64,000 bases of DNA from Alphaproteobacteria bacterium (GTDB lineage Bacteria; Pseudomonadota; Alphaproteobacteria; Rickettsiales; UBA998). Below the pieces are notes generated by a model, which saw only the letters and a program-made list of their open reading frames with translations, did not search any database and was not told where the DNA came from. Both the position numbers and the translations under genes were made by a program. The stretch covers positions 13,831 to 77,830 of the forward strand of contig RDZH01000011.1 in the NCBI GenBank assembly GCA_004293935.1. Reading direction: 5' to 3'. Positions 58,825 to 64,000 of this stretch are shown here, piece after piece. Position 1 is the stretch's first letter. Every line of letters begins with the position of its first letter.

Positions 58825-59849
58825 TACCGCCAACCAGCTTCATCAAGCAATATAATCGCACGCCGACGCAATTTGCCAATTTCTTCCAATGGCGCGGCAT
58901 CAAGTTTGATATTGTCGCCCCAGCCACGAATAACATCAGATGGCGCAACCTTCGGATGCACAGGATATTCATTATTGGCATCTGCAAAAATACGTTGCGC
59001 TTCTTCACTAGAGAGATATTCCAACAATGCAATGGCTTCTTTTTTATGCTTGGCATGGCGCGTCACGCCACCACCACGTATATTAATATGCACGCCCGTT
59101 GTTTCTTGATCCAAAAAGACGGGAATCACTTTGCTTGCGACTTGCTCATCATGAAGGGCAGGATCAGCACCAAACAGCATGGCATAATAATAGCTATTGG
59201 CAATGGCAATACGCCCCTCACCTGCTGCTAAATGACGTAATTGATCCCGATCTCCGCCCACAGGTGTATGCGCAAGATTCGCCACGATCCCTTTTGCCCA
59301 TGCTAGGGCTTTTGCCTCGCCATGGTGGTAGATCATGAACGCCATCAAGGATTGATTATACACATCTTCTGAGGAACGAGCAAGCACTGCGCCCTTCCAT
59401 TGTGGCTTTGCAATGTCATCATAGGTTTTTGGTGCATTCGCTTTATCTTGCTTGCGCATAAACATAATACGTGCGCGTTTTGTGAACCCATACCATGTCC
59501 CTTGCGGATCACGCACTGCAGGAGGGATGTTCTCGTTTAACACTTTAGAATCAATAGGTTGAAGAAGTTTTTTGCTTTTCGCTTCATAGATATTGCCAAT
59601 ATCTGTGGTGAATAACAGATCGGCGGGGCTATGTTCCCCCTCATGTTCCAAGCGCGTGACAAGCCCTGAGGCATCCCCTGTAATGAGGCGGACTTTAATG
59701 CCCGTCTTGTCGGTAAATCGTTGCAATAAGGGCTTGATAAGATGCTCTTTTTGCGCCGAATAGAGGTTCACTTCTTGAGCATCAGCGCGAACAGCAAACG
59801 TCGAACTGAGGCATAATGCGCTAAGCGCGATCATGGTGTATAATTTCAT
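58824..59849 (-). CDS. Fe(III) ABC transporter periplasmic binding protein (FbpA/AfuA-like)
   Basis: Signal peptide MKLYTMIALSALCLSSTFAVRA, then VNLYSAQKEHLIKPLLQRFTDKTGIKV...SPADLLFTTD. The track start at 59888 is TTG. Confidence 0.75.
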   Translation of the reverse strand: MKLYTMIALSALCLSSTFAVRADAQEVNLYSAQKEHLIKPLLQRFTDKTGIKVRLITGDASGLVTRLEHEGEHSPADLLFTTDIGNIYEAKSKKLLQPIDSKVLNENIPPAVRDPQGTWYGFTKRARIMFMRKQDKANAPKTYDDIAKPQWKGAVLARSSEDVYNQSLMAFMIYHHGEAKALAWAKGIVANLAHTPVGGDRDQLRHLAAGEGRIAIANSYYYAMLFGADPALHDEQVASKVIPVFLDQETTGVHINIRGGGVTRHAKHKKEAIALLEYLSSEEAQRIFADANNEYPVHPKVAPSDVIRGWGDNIKLDAAPLEEIGKLRRRAIILLDEAGWR

Positions 59850-59900
59850 AGGCGCGACTTTAGCAAAGTTCAGAATGATTCGCAACAACTATCTGATGTG

Positions 59901-61187
59901 CTAGGACGCATGATCATCTTCATAGGCGAGCAACCAACCAAGCAGCAACCAAAACGGTATAGCCGACCATGTGACAAAAAAACTGGTAGCCGTCGAAAGT
60001 GGCCACAGACGCACGGCAAGCGCAATCACCAATCCAAGATAAAGCGGATTATGCAGACGCACCGCCACATTATGGCACACCCTCCGCCCAATCTCCCACA
60101 CCATCCATAAAAATAACAACAACCCTACCGCCCCTGCTTCGGTAAGCCATTCTAAATAAAGATGATGCGGATGTAAGTTACACCGCGGGAACTCAGTTGG
60201 TGTCTCTTGAAAATTATAACGCTCTTTTAGGCAGGCACTGCGAAAATGCTTTGCCCCTACACCAAAAAGCGGATGCTGCTCAATCATCATCAAGCTACTA
60301 CGCCAAATAACCCCATAATCAGATTGCGGCAACTGCGCAATCTTTTCATGTGTAGAATGAAACTGACGCTCCACACTCTCAGGAGCTAACATTGCCATCG
60401 CAACGCCACCGATTGCCACTAAAGGCACGATGAATTTCATCGAAGATCGCATGGATGGGCTGAAAAGAAACCATAACAGCACACCAAACAATGCCAACAA
60501 AAACGCCATGCGCTCTCCTGTGAGAAAGATACACGCCATAAATCCCCCTAGGATCAGAGCGCGCCACAGCCATTGCCTTATCCCGTCCCGTTGCATGGCA
60601 GCATGATACAGCACCGTTACCACGGGAAAAGCAAGCCATACCATCACAATACCTATTTTAGGATCACGGAAAAAACCCGTGAGGCGGATCGATCCAGCAT
60701 AGCCTATGATCACCTCATGACCCGTCATGTTCGTGCCTGTGGCATATTGTATGAGGGCATCGCTCCCTGCAATAATCACCGCACCTATCAGCATCCGCAA
60801 TAACAGACGCTGCGCGATGGGAACACGCAAGACCCACACACTTAATGCCGTTGCATAAAGAAGGAATCTAAGTGAAGCAACAGATTTTCCCAACGCCTCC
60901 ATAGGCACTTCTGCCCAAAAGCTCCGTAGAATATAATAGCCCCATAAGGAAGCTGCCGCCTTCATCCATGGTAATGTCACCCATGCCCATGATCGGGTAC
61001 GCACACAATGCACGATAAAACACAATACCGTAAGGCACAATGCCACATCCGAAACGGCAGCACCTATAAAGATGAAGAAAGGCTGCAAACTAGTGAGGAT
61101 AATCGCGCTACGGCAGAGCGTATCAATGGACGAATCGCCCCCTAATTCCCGAACATCACTAAACAGCTTTGCTGCACAATGCATCAT
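59901..61187 (-). CDS. O-antigen ligase (Wzy_C)-like polytopic membrane protein
   Basis: About 11 TM helices with a central loop TGERMAFLLALFGVLL and a periplasmic loop of the size typical of WaaL/Wzy_C proteins. Confidence 0.5.
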   Translation of the reverse strand: MMHCAAKLFSDVRELGGDSSIDTLCRSAIILTSLQPFFIFIGAAVSDVALCLTVLCFIVHCVRTRSWAWVTLPWMKAAASLWGYYILRSFWAEVPMEALGKSVASLRFLLYATALSVWVLRVPIAQRLLLRMLIGAVIIAGSDALIQYATGTNMTGHEVIIGYAGSIRLTGFFRDPKIGIVMVWLAFPVVTVLYHAAMQRDGIRQWLWRALILGGFMACIFLTGERMAFLLALFGVLLWFLFSPSMRSSMKFIVPLVAIGGVAMAMLAPESVERQFHSTHEKIAQLPQSDYGVIWRSSLMMIEQHPLFGVGAKHFRSACLKERYNFQETPTEFPRCNLHPHHLYLEWLTEAGAVGLLLFLWMVWEIGRRVCHNVAVRLHNPLYLGLVIALAVRLWPLSTATSFFVTWSAIPFWLLLGWLLAYEDDHAS

Positions 61188-61331
61188 TTAGGTACGCGCC
61201 TGATGCAATATCCGTTCTTTAAGAATTAAAAAATGCATTTTTTTGTGCCGATGATTATGGCGCATCAATTCCACAACATTTCTATCAGGAAGACTATTCA
61301 CAAAAGCAACAATAGCGACATGGTGCATCAT
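61188..61331 (-). CDS. 47-aa small ORF (below the ORF-track cutoff)
   Basis: ATGATG at 61331 follows GAGGAAG by 5 nt, immediately after the upstream gene's TAG. Its TAA abuts the ATG of the ligase-like gene. Translation MMHHVAIVAFVNSLPDRNVVELMRHNHRHKKMHFLILKERILHQART. Confidence 0.35.
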   Translation of the reverse strand: MMHHVAIVAFVNSLPDRNVVELMRHNHRHKKMHFLILKERILHQART

Positions 61332-61344
61332 AAAAACTTCCTCT

Positions 61345-61851
61345 CTATTCACATAATTGTTTCATTTTATTATACGCTAAGGTGAACCCGCTTAGCGAAT
61401 AGGTATCTTTTGACGTGGTATCTTTCACCGACACGCCCTGCACATCAAGACGCGAACCACGGCGCATTTCTTTCACCAACGCCGTATCCGTGGCACTATC
61501 CTTCGCCCATGCACGATCTTTTTGGGCAAAAAACGGATATTTTTTGCTTCCCAACGTCACCACAACATCTTTTTTCGCATGGTAGTCATAGCCTGACGAA
61601 ACACTCACTTCATCTAATGATTTTGATTTATGCGTTACCATCAAAAATGGTTCACCACGTTGTTTGAACGTCCCCTCATTCGCGGTGGGTACGCTGGCAA
61701 TATAGCACAAAGTGTTTTTGCCCTCAGTCGCGGTAAATACGCGCCAATGTTTTGAGGTAAGCTGCAAGGTCTGCGCCTGCGCTCCAGTAGAAGCTCCAGT
61801 GGAACATGACAAAAGAGTGACGGCAATAAAAAACATCTTCATTTTTTTCAT
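61345..61851 (-). CDS. IalB (invasion-associated locus B)-like secreted protein
   Basis: Signal peptide. W..(F)..C near the N-terminus. C-terminal half ALVKEMRRGSRLDVQGVS...YSLSGFTLAYNKM matches the IalB-family pattern. Confidence 0.5.
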   Translation of the reverse strand: MKKMKMFFIAVTLLSCSTGASTGAQAQTLQLTSKHWRVFTATEGKNTLCYIASVPTANEGTFKQRGEPFLMVTHKSKSLDEVSVSSGYDYHAKKDVVVTLGSKKYPFFAQKDRAWAKDSATDTALVKEMRRGSRLDVQGVSVKDTTSKDTYSLSGFTLAYNKMKQLCE

Positions 61852-61961
61852 GCTGACAAGAGTATGCTATTTTATTTCTTATGTCAAATATGTTTGCGGG
61901 TGTTTCTCGGTTTTAGCGAAGTTTTTTTTCATAAAACTGTCATAAAACAATCACAAAATGT

Positions 61962-63065
61962 TCATAAAGCAATCATCCGCGCCCCACTGGGCAACAATGC
62001 GGAAAAATCGGATGCATCCGTACCTGTCGCAAAAAGCTGTACCTGTGTATGCTCCAACACTTGCGCAAGCGCATCACGCCGTCCTTGATCAAGATGTGCG
62101 ACCATTTCATCCAATAATAAAATCGGATGCCGCGCACCATGGGCGCGATGGGCATAGAGATGCGCGCACATAAACGCCAACAGCAAGGCCTTCTGCTCCC
62201 CCGTAGAACATTGCTCGGCTGCTCTGCCTGTGGGAACAAACATCACCTCAAAACGGGTTTTATGCGCCCCTATTGAGCATCGCCCTGCATGTCGATCCTG
62301 TGTGCGCGTCTGCTGCCATTGTTGGCGCACATGCGCAATCACTTCATCATCGGATGCATAAAGGCTAAGTGCCTGTTCTGCCACGCCTATAATCTGCAAA
62401 GTTGCATGGGGGAATGGCTGCCTCACCTCACGCATACCTTCTTCCATAGAGCGCGCCATATGCATACGGGTGCGTGCAATCAACACGGCATATTCCGCCA
62501 TTTTCTGCTCTAATACATCCAGCCACGCTGCATCGGAGCGATCCATCATCAAGAGTTTGGTACGTTCGCGCATATAATGATCATAGGCATGAACATGCGT
62601 TGCGTGCTTCGCATCAAAACCATAGGCTAAGCGATCAAAAAATTTGCGCCGTACCGTCATGCCCTCTTGAAACATATGGCTCATCGTCGGAGTCAACCAC
62701 ATGATCGCATGATGAAGCGAGGGATGCGCCATCGAAGAAAGTGCCACATCGTCAAAGCTGATCGTACGTCGCGCTGCACCTTGTTGATGCGTCATCAACA
62801 AGGCATGGGTTTCATCATGGTTGCGCATCGTGACATGCACCCCCCATTGCTTATGGGAAGTTCCGTCTTGCGGATGGCGATGAATCTCATTGAGTGCAGC
62901 ATGACGCAAGCCACGCCCTACCGTACATAGCGATAATGCTTCAAGTATGTTGGTTTTGCCAATACCATTCACCCCCGTAATGATCACCGCAGGCGCATCC
63001 GTATCAAGCATCAAGGCTTCATGATTGCGAAATTGCTGCAACCGAATCTGAGTAATACGCACCAC
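61962..63065 (-). CDS. recF: DNA replication and repair protein RecF
   Basis: RLQQFRNHE, Walker A GVNGIGKTNILEAL, signature SGGEQK-like STGEQKALLL, Walker B ILLLDEMVAHLD. Lies downstream of dnaN. Confidence 0.9.
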   Translation of the reverse strand: MVRITQIRLQQFRNHEALMLDTDAPAVIITGVNGIGKTNILEALSLCTVGRGLRHAALNEIHRHPQDGTSHKQWGVHVTMRNHDETHALLMTHQQGAARRTISFDDVALSSMAHPSLHHAIMWLTPTMSHMFQEGMTVRRKFFDRLAYGFDAKHATHVHAYDHYMRERTKLLMMDRSDAAWLDVLEQKMAEYAVLIARTRMHMARSMEEGMREVRQPFPHATLQIIGVAEQALSLYASDDEVIAHVRQQWQQTRTQDRHAGRCSIGAHKTRFEVMFVPTGRAAEQCSTGEQKALLLAFMCAHLYAHRAHGARHPILLLDEMVAHLDQGRRDALAQVLEHTQVQLFATGTDASDFSALLPSGARMIAL

Positions 63066-63087
63066 AATAAATCAAAGCACCAAGGAA

Positions 63088-64000
63088 TTATACGCGCATC
63101 GGCATAATAATGAACAACGGCCCTAGATCTTCGGGATCGCACAAAATGGCAGGTCCAGTACCATCATCAAGGATAAAGCGCACCACATTGCCTTCAATCT
63201 GCCCAAGCACTTCCAACATATAACGCGCATTGAAACCTGTTGTAATCGCTTCAGGATGATTAAATTGTACATCTAATGTTTCTTCTGCCGTATTATTATC
63301 GGAGGCAGCAACCGAAAGCATGAGCTTATTATTCTCAACATAAAACTTCGTAGCGCGGGTTTTATCCGATGCAACAATAGACACACGATCCACCGCTTTT
63401 GCGAGTGCAACCGCAGGAATATCGATATTTTTATCATTATATTGCGGGATAACACGCGTGTAATCAGGGTATGTCCCGTCAATCAGCTTCGATACCAATA
63501 CCGCCGTTCCGCACACAAAACGTGCTTTATTATCACCAAGCGCAACGCGCACCTCAGGGGCATCTTGATCAAGCAATCGTGAAAGCTCCGCAATAGTTTT
63601 GCGCGGGATAATTGCCCCACCCATGCCCGCTGCACCTGCGGGAAGTGCTACATCCATACGGCACAGACGATGCCCATCTGTGGATACGGCACGCAATACG
63701 CGCAATTCTTCAGTTTCAATCGGATGCAGATACACCCCATTAAGATAATAGCGCGTTTCTTCCGTTGACATTGCAAAGCGTGTTTTCTCAACAAGCGCAC
63801 GCAATTCTTCGCGGGTAAGCGTGAAGTTATACGGCAATTCTCCTTCTGCTAAGGCAGGGAACTCATCCGCAGGCAATGTAGCAAGCGAGAATACAGAATT
63901 ATCCGCTTTGATTTTCGCCCGTGATGATGTTTCTTGCATGATTTCAACCTGAGAATCATCGGGCAAGCGACGCACAATATCATAGAGGGTATGCGCAGGG
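63088..64000 (-). CDS. dnaN: DNA polymerase III beta sliding clamp, C-terminal about 300 aa; 5' end outside window
   Basis: LVSKLIDGTYPDYTRVIP, FNARYMLEVL, C-terminal IIMPMRV. The frame stays open to the window end. Confidence 0.92.
   Translation of the reverse strand, partial: PAHTLYDIVRRLPDDSQVEIMQETSSRAKIKADNSVFSLATLPADEFPALAEGELPYNFTLTREELRALVEKTRFAMSTEETRYYLNGVYLHPIETEELRVLRAVSTDGHRLCRMDVALPAGAAGMGGAIIPRKTIAELSRLLDQDAPEVRVALGDNKARFVCGTAVLVSKLIDGTYPDYTRVIPQYNDKNIDIPAVALAKAVDRVSIVASDKTRATKFYVENNKLMLSVAASDNNTAEETLDVQFNHPEAITTGFNARYMLEVLGQIEGNVVRFILDDGTGPAILCDPEDLGPLFIIMPMRV

Overview
The window is a 64 kb chromosomal segment, about 90% coding, with no rRNA, CRISPR array, IS element, transposase or integrase that I can recognise. 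All functional calls rest on motif recognition in the supplied translations; no database search was possible. ORF-track coordinates include the stop codon, and several track starts are TTG or other upstream extensions that I trimmed where the sequence supports it.

Gene content and order suggest an alphaproteobacterium, possibly of the intracellular or amoeba-associated kind (inference only). The supporting arrangements are kdsA-eno-ftsB-pdhA-pdhB-pdhC-lpdA, mdh-sucC-sucD, dnaN-recF, hemE-hemH and an OmpR/EnvZ pair.

Housekeeping genes called:
- Cell envelope: a glycosyltransferase (partial), a lytic transglycosylase, tolB, kdsA and an O-antigen-ligase-like protein.
- DNA and RNA functions: rnhB, miaA, mutT, mfd, recF and dnaN (partial), plus tRNA-Thr(GGU) and tRNA-Ser(UGA).
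- Central metabolism: the PDH complex, eno, mdh and sucCD.
- Other metabolism and transport: a fadA/fadN beta-oxidation pair, hemE and hemH, a TAXI-TRAP solute receptor, and a Fe(III)-type ABC binding protein plus permease.
- Stress, signalling and oxidoreduction: yaaA, ompR/envZ and an NMO-family oxidoreductase.
- Flagellar block: flgI, a rod-binding FlgJ-like protein, a FlgN-like protein, flgK, flgL, fliW and fliB. A consensus sigma-54 promoter sits in front of flgI.

The most interesting region is a roughly 5 kb accessory segment bracketed by the two tRNA genes (25.6-31.0 kb). It carries a tightly coupled minus-strand operon: a 2OG-Fe(II) oxygenase, a 77-aa ORF, and two paralogous ATP-grasp ligases of the MvdC/MvdD (microviridin/graspetide maturase) type. 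A PQ-loop-like 7-TM membrane protein follows. A small 73-aa gene is transcribed divergently, with a CAA-repeat leader, a strong SD and a 17-bp hairpin. I interpret this as a candidate, apparently undescribed, graspetide-like RiPP locus with an added oxygenase.

Other notable features:
- Two families of short palindromic intergenic repeats.
- ORFans wedged inside normally contiguous operons (sucC/sucD, pdhB/pdhC, fadA/fadN).
- A 696-aa Pro/Glu-rich OmpA-like protein with repeated LPPLP motifs.
- A divergent GH13 (GlgE/debranching-like) protein.
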